64,000 nucleotides of DNA, from assembly GCA_030704615.1 (NCBI GenBank), contig CM060732.1, forward strand, positions 79,422,001 to 79,486,000, read 5' to 3'. The DNA is from Takakia lepidozioides. Taxonomy: Eukaryota; Plantae; Bryophyta. A program made the position numbers and the translations under genes. Shown one piece after another: positions 1-11,600 of the stretch (its first letter is position 1; each line of letters begins with the position of its first letter). Below the pieces are notes generated by a model that was not told the origin of the DNA, made no database searches, and saw only the letters and a list, made by a program, of their open reading frames with translations.

Positions 1-46
1 TCTTAGGCCATAATAATAATGTAGTTTGAGACATCAAGACCCAAAC

Positions 47-3000
47 CTTGATTTCCGCAACGTCACTGAGTCCTCCAACTGAGAACCGATAGAACTTGCG
101 GTTGAGCGCATGAGCAATGGAGCGACCAATGCTGGTTTTGCCAACACCTGGGGGGCCTGCCAAACATATGATTTTTCCTGCCAACAAAACCACACCAGCT
201 ATGAGAAGACATACGCAAGAATTTGAACTCTGAGGGAAGAATGGTGAAAATAAGGGAAGCACTACAGGAACAATGTGGTGGCTGAGAAAGAGGCTACCTT
301 GAGCTGTTCCCCTGAGCCTTCCAACAGCAATAAACTCAAGGATGCGCTCTTTTACATCTGACAGACCGTAGTGCTCATCATCCAAAATCTTTTGCGCTTG
401 ATAAACATCAAAATTCTCTTTGCTACCCACCCCCAAGAAACAACAGTCAACGACAAACCTCCATGCAAAACTGTAGGAATCACGTAATAAACTATGCCTT
501 CACAGCTTGTGGAGTTAAGACACTGCACTGGAATAAGGAGATACACACTGTACTTCCATACGACCTCCCCACCCCTTCCAGTGATTACAGATGGAGAATA
601 ACTGGTCTGGTCAAAATCCATCTGCACTTAGGGCTGGATGCCCCTGCATGAGACACTGGATGGAAAAGAATAATGCCATACCCCAGCAGGTAGTGCACTA
701 AATCTGTTCCTCAAGATAGCAGATGTCTGCTCGGTTCTCCTGCTGAAGCAAAGGAGCTGAAATTTTCTAGCAGAGAAAATCCCAAAAACACATTGCTTTT
801 GTGGATCATGTCAGATATCAACCCCATAAGATACGCGAGGCCTAACTTCTCAGAGAATCTTGCATGCCTATGTCACTGGAATATAATCATTAGAATAACA
901 ACACCCTTGCAATGATCAGTCTGGGAAAAGGGTGCCAAACCTATACTGGCCCCAGGGGAGGGACGTGAGCCAATCGAGGTAGTTGCGAGTGACATTGAAC
1001 TCGCTGGAGCTCGCCTCCAAGCCCTGTAGCTTGTTCAATTCTTCATCAATCACTTGCAATACTTGTTTTGGACAATCCTTCCGCATCGGTTCCAACCTCT
1101 CCCGAAACTTTCCTGCTCCATTTGAAATGAGTTTGGTTTTTAATGCAAACACTATGGGCCTGCCCTACCCCAACAAACGTCTCTGGAGGCAGACAAGATT
1201 CCATACAAACTTTGTCCCTTAACTTTACCTGCACGAGGCCTTCACCCTTAGACAATCGCTAGAACATTAATTGTGGTTTCCGGATTTGTTCCTCTCTCAT
1301 GTTTTCTTCCATTTTGTCCCATAAGCTCTATGAGCTTTCCGCGGACGTTATAAAGCACCATTTCATTCCCTTATTGGCTTTACCTAAACTGCTAGAATAA
1401 ACATGATTCTGAAGATGAGAGTCTTACCAGTCAAAGCGGTCTTATCATCGGTCTCCAACCCCAGCTCCTGCACCATGCAACAAATTGGCCCCCTTATCAC
1501 CTAATCCTTTGTAGCTCCGACATAAGAATTGCATTCCAAGAGCATCCCCAACATCCGTTTGGCTGCCCTCCCAACTATCAGAAGCTTCCTGTAGTCATCT
1601 TACGGGGATCTGTGGTTATCTGAAAGGTTACCAGACAGATTCATGTACCACACATTCATGTGCACTGCGAATAGTGAATCAATTCCAGGACTTATGTCCC
1701 ATTATTTTCAGATACCAGAATCTTAAGTACCAATTTTGGACACCTTGGATCCCACAATCAACTCGAGGTTTTTTTTGCTGCTCTCTTTCTCGAGGAAACA
1801 AGAAGGGTTGAATTCAGACTTCAGATCCAAACAATGCTCTTTCACTGAGTCTGTGTGTGCCTCCTTGCATGTGAGAAAACATAGGAAACAGCGAAGGGCC
1901 ACATTTTTAATTGGGGGGTAGCGCAGGTGTATTGTTTGCATTTAGCTTGAAGGCATAGGAGGCCACTTTGCAATCTTTCAGTAGCGGTTGCTGACAACTG
2001 AAATTTGGGTGTAGATAACCAGACCCCAAGTATGGATATGACCTCAATCTCTTGCTGGTTGAAGAAAAATCTCCGATCAGCATGACCACAAAAAACCATG
2101 ATTGTGGATTTTGCTGAGGTTGACCTGCAGCCTAGTCTTTGGAGAACTCTTTTAGAAAGAAACTTAATATACCATCAAAAGAGAAACTTATATACCATCA
2201 AAAGGTGGCCCAGAAGGCCTATGAGAGTGCGGACTTTGAAATTTGTGTCTGGCTTCTCGTTCTTTGCTAACAAATTTGCTTTTTGTTGCAAAGGTTCCAC
2301 TTTTCTCTACGCGATCGGGATTTTTGTTGTAATACTAGCCCTGCCAGACTCAGTATCAAGGTTTGCCGAGGTTAGTATGGAGGCTAGTGCTTTCTGGAGT
2401 TTCATCTCGGTGTTCTACCCTTTCCTGGTGTAGAAAAAAAAGAGAAAAGAACTAGACAGAACGAAAGCAGAAAAGAAAAAAGAGAACTACAAAAGAAGAG
2501 CTTCACAATATCCCAAACAAACCCAGAGGGTTTATGAGAGAGAAACTAACTAACTATCTTTATACCATCACCCAGGTGGCACATAGACAAAAACAGAGGT
2601 GCAGGATAGTCCAGATCTCTGTCATACAAAAAGTGGCGAGAAGAAATCCAATCCTGAAAGGCAATGGAACCTACCTTCTTGATGGCTTTCATTTGCTCCA
2701 TCAGAAGATACCGCCGTTGATCTCCGCTAATTTTCTCCTCCACGCCCTTTGCAATCGATGCCTACGCACAACAAAGAGCAGACCTTGTCAAGCCTAATCT
2801 TATTTTTGTTTAAAAACAAATATTTGCTCAGGGAAGCAAGCAATGCTAACCTGCAGTTTGCTTAGTTCCAATTCCTTCTTCAGCAACATTAGTGTTGCAT
2901 GCAAGCGTTTCAGTACCTGCACATCAATTGACACCACAATAAGTTGGTAATGCGCATGTAGTGGAAAATATAACTTGTAATTCTCAGAATTTTGCTCTTC

Positions 3001-6000
3001 TTGAACATCACAACCTATCGTTCACAAGCAGCATCCTCACTCTGACTTCACATGTCATTTCTCCTTATGCCCATGCCTTCCAGGCGAGAGGGTTTAGCAT
3101 GCAAGGTCCCTGAAGAAATTAAATGAAATTAAATGGAACTTTATAACATCCGCAGAAAGCTCTGAGAAAGAACTAGAGACATCCACGGGAGGCTCAGAGA
3201 ACCACAGAACAACACGAACCTTGACACCCAAGAACACAGCAAACCACAACTGGTGCAGGAGAGAAAGACCGAAATAAACACTGAAACTCTATGACATCCA
3301 TGGGGGTTCCTGAGGGCTCAGGGGACAAAGTAGAGAAACCACAAGGATCACAAGAGAGACAGAAACGAACAAAATTTGTGCCATCCACAGGAACTGTCAA
3401 TAGTACGTACGTCAAGTTCTTCGAGCACCTCCTGCAATACTGGCTCATCAGCAGTGGTGAGAGCCGCCCCAAAGTCTGCCAATTTGGATGCATTGAACTC
3501 GCCCATGTGCTGCCCATGCATGCCAGGAGGCCCCAAACCCTAACAAACTCCTCAGTTTCTGGTTCTTATGTGTTCCCAAGCAATGCCCATGTGCAAGTCA
3601 AAGTTGATAACTTGCACATCCAGAAGAATTGACAATCAATATTGCAAAAAAAGACCTTGAAAAACACTGATCAGGGTATCCCAAGTTCTCTTATGTGGCC
3701 ACCACACCCACCTGGACAAACATTTGGATGTGCTCTTTGTAGAGAGGGTTCAGACGCATTAGATCCTTCATAGTGGACACCACCTCCAGGATTGTGGCCT
3801 TCAGCTCATCTTGGGTGGAATCATATGGCTTGTCCTGCACCACTACATTTGGTTAGTCCTTGGTCCTCTGCATAGCTCATGTGTACACAACGAGAGAAGG
3901 GGGAACCTGGTGTCCTGAGTTCCAAACCAGCAGAAGCCAGAAATGCACAATTTCTACATATCCACGCAGTGCAACCCATAATCCACTTACTGCTTTCTAA
4001 TCTGATGTATATGTGAGCTTCTATTGACAATCTGCTGGCTGAAAAGGTGCTTTTAAGCCTGCAGCAGAAGTATGTCACAGGGAAGATGATGTTTCTCCGC
4101 GTTCAGGAATTTCCTTCTGTTGTCAATTTCTACCACTAAACTACTTGCAGAAATGAAACTTTGATTTGCCATGAAAACTGCCCTTGTCCCCTATCCACAT
4201 CAAAATTCTTTGTTCTCATACGCTTGCTCACAAGCCAAGGGACACCTATTCCCTCTCAAGGGTAGTGCTAGCATCCAAGGTATAACAGGAGATGGCCAGG
4301 TCTCTACACCAAGCCAACATTGACAGTCAGTTGTGAGCCAGCCATTTCCCCAGAGTGAGATAGCCTAACACAGCTGGGTGGCATCTAAATATGAAACTGG
4401 AACAGATCTGTGATAGCCGATGAAGTCCCCTTTATGGCATCAACCTTTGATCTAGCTGCTCTAGAATCTATTTCACATCGAGGATTTCATAAACAGCGGT
4501 GGTTAGATACCTTGAGATGTTCGACACTTACGGTCATTGGTTCTTTTTCCACCTGATACAGACAACCAAGTAACAGATCGTAGATTCAGTATACCTGCAA
4601 TTGAAGTTGCACCTGAAGCATACATGTGCAATCCATGATTCTGGATACCATGCTTAATGCTCCAGGTCATCCCTACACTCAACAAGGTCACAACAATGAA
4701 CCTTTCAAACATCACCCAGATGTAAGAGCACATTTGCAACACTGGGTGGTCCTGCATTCTTTGCTGCGCAGTATGGCAGCCAGGTAGTTCCGACAACAAT
4801 TTGTTCACTGATCGTACAATACAGAATTTTACAAGAGGGGCAGATGGGGTTCGACATCGTACATAGTGTTAACACTTTTAAAGAGCTGGGCCATTGGTGT
4901 GCCAAATTAGGTGCACTTGGTGTCTCAACGGAATCATTGGAATGCACTGGTCACACTGCTAGCAGCAGCTTAAGGAGGCACTATCAGTTACAAGTAAGGA
5001 AATGCCAACACTCAGTTGCTAAGAATGCTTAGTGGTAGTACTCATAGGCTTCAACCAGGAACTAAAGCTCTCAACAAAATGCTCGGCTAGTCAGGATGTA
5101 TTCTACATTAAGTCCTGCTTGGTTTGGGTGAAATGTATCAAAGCCTTTGTTACTGTAAAGCCATGGCAGTTTTTATCCTAACCTCAAGCGAGTACAGGGT
5201 GGGGGGGAAAAAGAATTGATGTTACCATGCCAGTTATCCGTAGGCGGCGGTGGCCCATGAGAAGAAACTGTGTAGAACCCTCACCATCCAATGGTCTCAT
5301 CACATTTGTAATCTGTCATATCCCACCACAAACTCAGGTTGCAGAACCAAGTCCTTGGAAGTTATGGAAGACATGATGTGGACATAATAGAATTTCTTCT
5401 TTTTTTGCTTATCTCTCACAATCTTACCTTCACGGGCCCCTTGCTCGTGTACTGAGCCATAAGGTGTCTGGGCATTTTGTGGAGACAGAATGTCTTTCTT
5501 TCTTACTCTCAAATCTCTCAAATACGGTAAACAACGTCTTATGAGTACATTCTCAAATCTCTCAAAGTGGGCACGGGTCTATGGCCACAAGGCTTCTCAT
5601 GAGTACATTCTCAAATCTCTCAGGTCTAGTTTCTTTAACTCTCCATTCTGCATTCTGTCTATTGTGTCACAGACCCTTCACAAATTCTCGTCCTCTCTTA
5701 AACCCCATCGAGCATTCACAATAAGGAGCTCTTCATTTCTCTTTCGGCCACATACAAAAGTCAGACTGCCTTCTCAGTGCATTCTTCTTTGCTCATATCG
5801 AGCCTCTTTTAGAGGTGTATTCTTTCCCTCTCGAAAAGACTGATTGCTTCTCACCAAGCTTCAAAAGTACTACTATCCCTCATTCGAAAGCTAGACTTAA
5901 AACCCTACCACCAGAAAGGGACGACAGTGGAAGATATGACAGCCCAATTTTCTAGACCAGGCCACCTAATAGCACCTGTGCAAAAGTTCCATATTCGTGC

Positions 6001-8621
6001 AGGCGCTTATAAAGGTCCTCCCCATGAGCTTGATCAGGGCTCTCTCCTCCCTCAGCTGCTGTCAACACAGTAGCGCCATCCTTAGATTTTGCATCCTTAA
6101 GCAAAAATGTTCCCACCCAGGGTGTACCCTGAGCCTTCAACTCCGCCAGCTTGTCTGCCAACTTCTGATCCTATAAAAGACAATCTCAGAGCAGTGGTGA
6201 GCCCCAGCAATGGCATCAATTGATAGCAAACTTTTCTTCTATTCGGGTCTCCTTTGGTTTAGTAGTTTACAAAACAAAGAGCTTACTATCAGTCATCACA
6301 ACTCCCAAAATACTATATTTGCAGTATTTGGCATCTAATCGCATTTGCAGAAATTCTTACCAGAGCCTTGCAACATTCACAAATCAGCACTTCAAATGCA
6401 TAGGCACATACACTTACACCACATAAACGCTGACAACACCCTTAGAACCATGGGGTTGACCTCTTATGTAACCCCTGGAGGCAGAAAGGCAGCCACTTCA
6501 AATGCATAGGCACATACACTTACACCACATAAACGCTGACAACAACCTTAGAACCATGGGGTTGACCTCTTATGTAACCCCTGGAAGCTGAAAGGCAGCC
6601 CAAAGGGTGCCACTCTATAGACTTTCCATTGCCTATATTTCTGCAAACATAGGACAGAAGTGCTCATAGTCACCTTGATAGAAATAGGCACATAGAACCC
6701 TGGAAATAGTGGCCTCCTACTTATTGGCACAGCAACCACCTGCATTTACAACCACAATGATGTCGTGAAAACAAGCTTGTTGGCACTACTACATCCCAGA
6801 AGTGCACAACAGAGTGTTTGTGTTATCCTTCATTGCCTGATCCGATCCAGAAACAGTCAGTAAATCTGGCTCTAAAAGTCCTGCTGCGACAGAACCAAAT
6901 TCTCTGGACGTGTATCACTGACCAAACTTATGGAGGACAAGAGTATACCCAAACAGCCAGGGCTTTGGGCAGAACTAAACCCCAAGCAAAATCCAAACCA
7001 GTGGGTTCGGCAAGCAGAGAATTAGTGTTTAAAACAGCTTGCTTTTCTAATTTCATGGAACCCCGGTCACAGACTTTGGCTTAAGTGAACATCCATGTAG
7101 GGTTTGTAAAACCCTGACTAAACCCTGGAAGGCCTGGAATGCTAGCTTGTCAAGGGATCACTTGTAAGATCCCATCAATGGTAAATCTTCCATTAAGTCA
7201 CCCCTCCCACTTGATCCACCTATCAATACATAATCTCTCCTTGAACCAAGGAAAGCAGGAGGAGGACATGGGGGCAAGAAATGTTCCTCTGATACACTCC
7301 TTGAACCATGGAACGAGAGCCCCCAGAGGACAGGAACAGGGGAAGCAAGCAAGGTCATTTGGCAAGAACAGAACCAATGAATTGGCCTGATAAGAACCGA
7401 CTTGATACTTGAAGCATCTTGGTAATCTCCACGAGCCAGGATGTCAAAACCTGAAGAGACAGACAAAGCACATGGCAGAGGCAGAAAAAACATACCCTGT
7501 CAGGGCGGGGGCCTGTGGCAGGCACAATGGCACCTGGTTGAGCTGTTGTATCCGCAGCAACAGTAGCATCTGTGCCTTCTTTGCTCTCTTTGGCTTCTTT
7601 GACTTCTATCCCCTCTTTAACTTCTTTTCCTTCTTTGCTCTCTTTTGGGTCTTTGCCTTCTTTGCCTTCTTTTGGCTCTTTGCCATCTTTGGGCTGTTTC
7701 TCTGCAGAGGGCTCCTTCACCTCTTTATCTGCACGCAAACGTTCTTATCAGCTTGAGAAAATTTCTAGCTGGTAGGAGGAAAGTTTGAAACTTCTCAAAA
7801 CCCGTGGCCAGTCTCAATTGAGGTTGTTGCTACCGAAATGTATAACTAGACAATCCAAGCTATAATGGCAGTCACCCAGACCTAATTGTGATCATAAAAT
7901 ACTACATTTCAAGAATAAACTCTGGCCCGAAGTGCATAGTTGGTAAAGATTAACCATTCGGGGCAGCCAGGCAGCTGCATCAAACAGTTTGGAGTTTGGC
8001 AGACTGCCAGAGATTGTGTACCAACACCCATTGTGTGGCGCCTTGCAAACGCTTAAACGCACAGACCAATGGAAACCTGTCATATACCCGGAAGACCATG
8101 GATAATCACAGATCAAATGACACGCAATCCCACCTCCACTGTGCATTCCAGTGACACACTACATGAAAAGTAAAAATACACTCACCGGAACCTTTCCACA
8201 AATTGAAAATTCCCCGCCTTCTGCCCCCTCCTCTGCTGTCACCACCGCCTTTCCCTCCGCCAGCAACCGCACCATTGCCACCCTCACCAGACCCTTTGCT
8301 CGATGCCTCTTCACCACCTCCTTGCTCAGCAGCGGGCCGGTCACCGCCGCTGCCCTCCCCATCACGCCCACATTTATCAGAGCTTCCAGACGACCCCGAT
8401 CCATCCCGCCCCGCTCCTGACGTGGAGAATTGCATCCAATGCTGGGAGGAGCAAGGTGGTGATGCAGTCGTCCGTGATTGGGGCACCAGTGTGTCCCAAA
8501 GCACCAGCAGCGGGGGTCGGTCCCCCCCTGGACCACTCCATTCCCGACCAAGCGGAGATGTCACAACTCTCCGAAGAGCAGGCAGGCGCCGCACAGCGGA
8601 GGGAGCAATCACTGCCAGCAT
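47..8621 (-). CDS. LON1: Mitochondrial-type Lon (AAA+) protease, 5' portion; gene continues beyond the left edge. Exons read: 8621-8186, 7728-7496, 6739-6674, 6170-5976, 5312-5226, 4552-4511, 3834-3712, 3509-3411, 2916-2851, 2761-2675, 1467-1428, 1112-941, 422-298, 177-47
   Basis: GT-AG exons splice in frame to give Lon N-domain [57 protein letters not shown], Walker A GPPGVGKT and [13 protein letters not shown]; Arg-rich N-terminus resembles a mitochondrial transit peptide. Confidence 0.93.
6388..6599. repeat. Two-copy ~106-bp tandem duplication in a Lon intron
   Basis: cacttcaaatgcataggcac... begins at 6388 and again at 6494. Confidence 0.85.
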
Positions 8622-9539
8622 AGGTCTCCTTCTCCCTCTCTCTCTCCCTCTCTACAATTCCAAGCCTTCCTTCCTTCCTTCCTCCCTCTCTGTCTCTCTC
8701 ACATTCCCTCTCGAAGAGCTCACAACTCTGGGCTTGGGAAATCAGTAAGACAGTATGCCAGCTTACGAACAGAAACATTCATCTCGCTATTCCAACTAGC
8801 TTCGTTCATCAGCTCACATGAATTTAAGTTTTTATATAGTCGGGTCAGCATTCTGTCGCAAGTTCCCTGTTTTTTCATGGATGAAATCGCCAAATTTCTC
8901 CAAAACAAAAAAAACATTATGGAGGAATTCTCCTAATATGGATGATATGAATAGATGAAAGTACAGATGTAGATGATTCTGTCCTAATTTTAATGGATGA
9001 ACAGAATATATGCCTATTTTTTGCAAAACTCTGTAGCCCATCGTCCTATTTTCCGAATTTAAGAAAAAACTCTGATTCGAGTTATCTTAAATACTCGAAT
9101 TTATTTTTTTTCTTTTTTCTTTTTCTTTTTTTTTAAGGAACAGGGGACAATTCTTATTTTGTTTGTGGGAAGGCACTTAAGAACTTTCGTATTTGCGTCG
9201 CTGTTAAGGTTTTCCACGGATCCACGTGTCTCCTGTCCATACGTTGTAATCCTACTCATTGGCCTATAGGTCTGGGGTTCAATTCAATTCCCTTGTGGTT
9301 TCGTCTGGCCCTGTATCGCGTCGTTCTGAGTGCCACCTGGATGATGCGAGGTTCGAATCCCAATTCATCTCAATTCATGAGATTGAATGTTAAAGCATCG
9401 TTGTGTAGAGTCCGATGGATCCCCAAGCGACTTGCATGAATGTTGTTGAAAGCTCACTCTGTAGCACCTCCCCCGTGAAGGAACTTGCCAAAATGTTGAT
9501 GCTGTCGGATTTTCGGGCACAAATGTGTACCTTGGAGAA

Positions 9540-11600
9540 CAGAGCAGAGCTGATTTTGTATGTTGAATTCTGTAAGTTAGCTCGTTGGGAGGATCTATGG
9601 TGGTGTGGAGTGATTTTGACATGTTACTGGCAATGTTGTGGCAGCAGGAAAACAGATAACATAGATGAGGAGAAGCTTTGGAATGGATACTTTCCAACCC
9701 CAGTCAATGGCGGGACAATGGGGGCAAAAAGGTGAACGCATGATGGATTACAGAGAGAAGCAGACGCAATTCATCAGTGGAACTAGTGTGATAAGTAGGG
9801 TTGGGGTGTTGCTGGAAGAACTCTACGCTGTCATTGTCAGCAGGTGCTAGCAGCAAGACGAGGGATGTATGCATGATTTGTGCAGAGGCAGGGATAGCTG
9901 AAGGAGCAGGGATAGATTGTGTATTAGGGAAGGGTCGTTCCCAAGGCCCTTCCTGAATTTGAGAGCACCGGCAACGAGTGCGGAGCCCGAGTTCCGGGTG
10001 CTCGAAAATTCAGGAAGGGCCGTGGGAACGACCCTTCCCAACATGAAAAACTGGGAAATATTTCTTTCCCGCTCCTTGCCCCGCAAATCGGGAGACCCTT
10101 CCACACGCGGAAGGTATTTCCCGCAAATTGGGGGACCCTTGCGGCCAGGGAGGCTCCTTGAATTACAAAGAAAAAAATTTGCCAGTGTTTTACGGGTCCA
10201 AGAGTGCCGGATTTCAACACAAGATTACTTTTGATTCCCTGTGGATCAATATCTACAAGAGACCTGCATGGGTAGATGGTCAACTGGAAGCAGCAGCGGC
10301 AGCAACACAATTGACAAAATCAGGCCTGGTAATGAAGGCATTGATTATGTCAAGGTAAGTTGATATCACTTTGTTCAGCTAGCCTTTTTTTGAAGCAGAA
10401 CTGTTGCCCCCCAGAACTCCAAGACCTCCACGCTATGCATGCTAGGAATCTGGTCATGAAAGTATAGGAGAAGGGCCTAAGTGTAGGGCCTTCCGCCATT
10501 GGTTTGTTTCCTTGCTTCCGCTGGCATAGTGGTTTTGTGGGCTGCTTGTGGAGGGGGCTGTCTTTCTGTGGTTTTGTCACATGGTTGTGGAGGGGGCCGT
10601 CTGGTTTATTTCCTTTCAGTTTTCCGCAGTCCTTTGTCATCCCATAAGCTCCATCATTACAGTTTTTGGGCTGCTAAGGGCTATTTTTGGGCTGTTCGTG
10701 GAGGGGCCCAGCACCTCTGTTCACCAACTTCAAACCATGGGATTTTTCCTGCGATTAATCAATGACTACCATTGAAGATGTAGAATAAAAACTATAATCG
10801 ACCCTAAAAGAAGGACCAATCAGTTTCAAGGTTCGTTCGCAGGGAAAGCCTTGTGCAATTGCAAAATAATGATGCTCGACTAATCCATCTCTCTCTAATC
10901 CCTCAGTAGATCAATTTCTACCACCAGACATCCTCAATCTAATGCGATTAATGTCCTTCCAGTCTCGATAATATTCCCATCCTCCTCTATAAACTCAACA
11001 CCATCGATTGATATTAAATACCACCGTTCATTTCGGCCTGTTTTACCCTCTCATTAGCGTCGTCCCTAATTTTTCATCTTGTCGTCTCTAATTTTTAATC
11101 TTGAATTCTGCAAGTTAGCTCCTTGGTGTACGGTTGTTTGGAAATGTTTTGACATGTCACGGCTAATGTGGCAACAGGAAAGTATGGAAAAACAGATAAC
11201 AGAGACGAGGAGAGGCTTTGGAATGAATACTTCTCCGAGCCCAGTCAATGGTGGGACAATCGAGGCAAGAAGGTGAATGCCTGTTAGATTACAGAGAGAA
11301 GCAGACGCAATTCAGCATACGAACTATTGTGAGAAGTAGGGTTGGGTTGTTTGAAGAACAAATCTAGGCTGTCATTGTCAGCTCCTAGCAGCAAGGCGAG
11401 GATGATTTGTGTAGAGGCACGGACAGCTGAAAGAGAAAGGATAGAATGTGGGTCCAGATTCATCCAAGAGGGCCAGATTTCAAGCACAAGATTACCTATG
11501 ACTCGCTGTGGATCAATAGTTACAAGAAACCTGCATGGGTACATGGTCAACTGGAAGCGGCACCAGCAGCGGTACAGTTGATAAAATCGGGCACTTCGAC
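9540..11600 (+). repeat. Two diverged copies of a PPR-5'-associated repeat module (related copies at 20080-22120, 41700-42250, 55280-56105)
   Basis: Shared blocks gaattctg(t/c)aagttagct and ...caagatta(c)...tgtggatcaat...acctgcatgggta...ggtcaactggaagc at 9565/10220 and 11103/11487. Confidence 0.75.
9927..10039. repeat. Hairpin/inverted repeat with ~45-bp arms, part of a ~270-bp insertion in the PPR-upstream module (MITE-like)
   Basis: gggaagggtcgttcccaaggcccttcctgaattt... pairs with ...aaattcaggaagggccgtgggaacgacccttccc; absent from the paralogous flank near 55990. Confidence 0.7.

Noticed and set aside
9300-9365. tRNA gene suggested by ggttcgaatcc
   Set aside because: B-box-like motif only; no acceptor stem or convincing A box found
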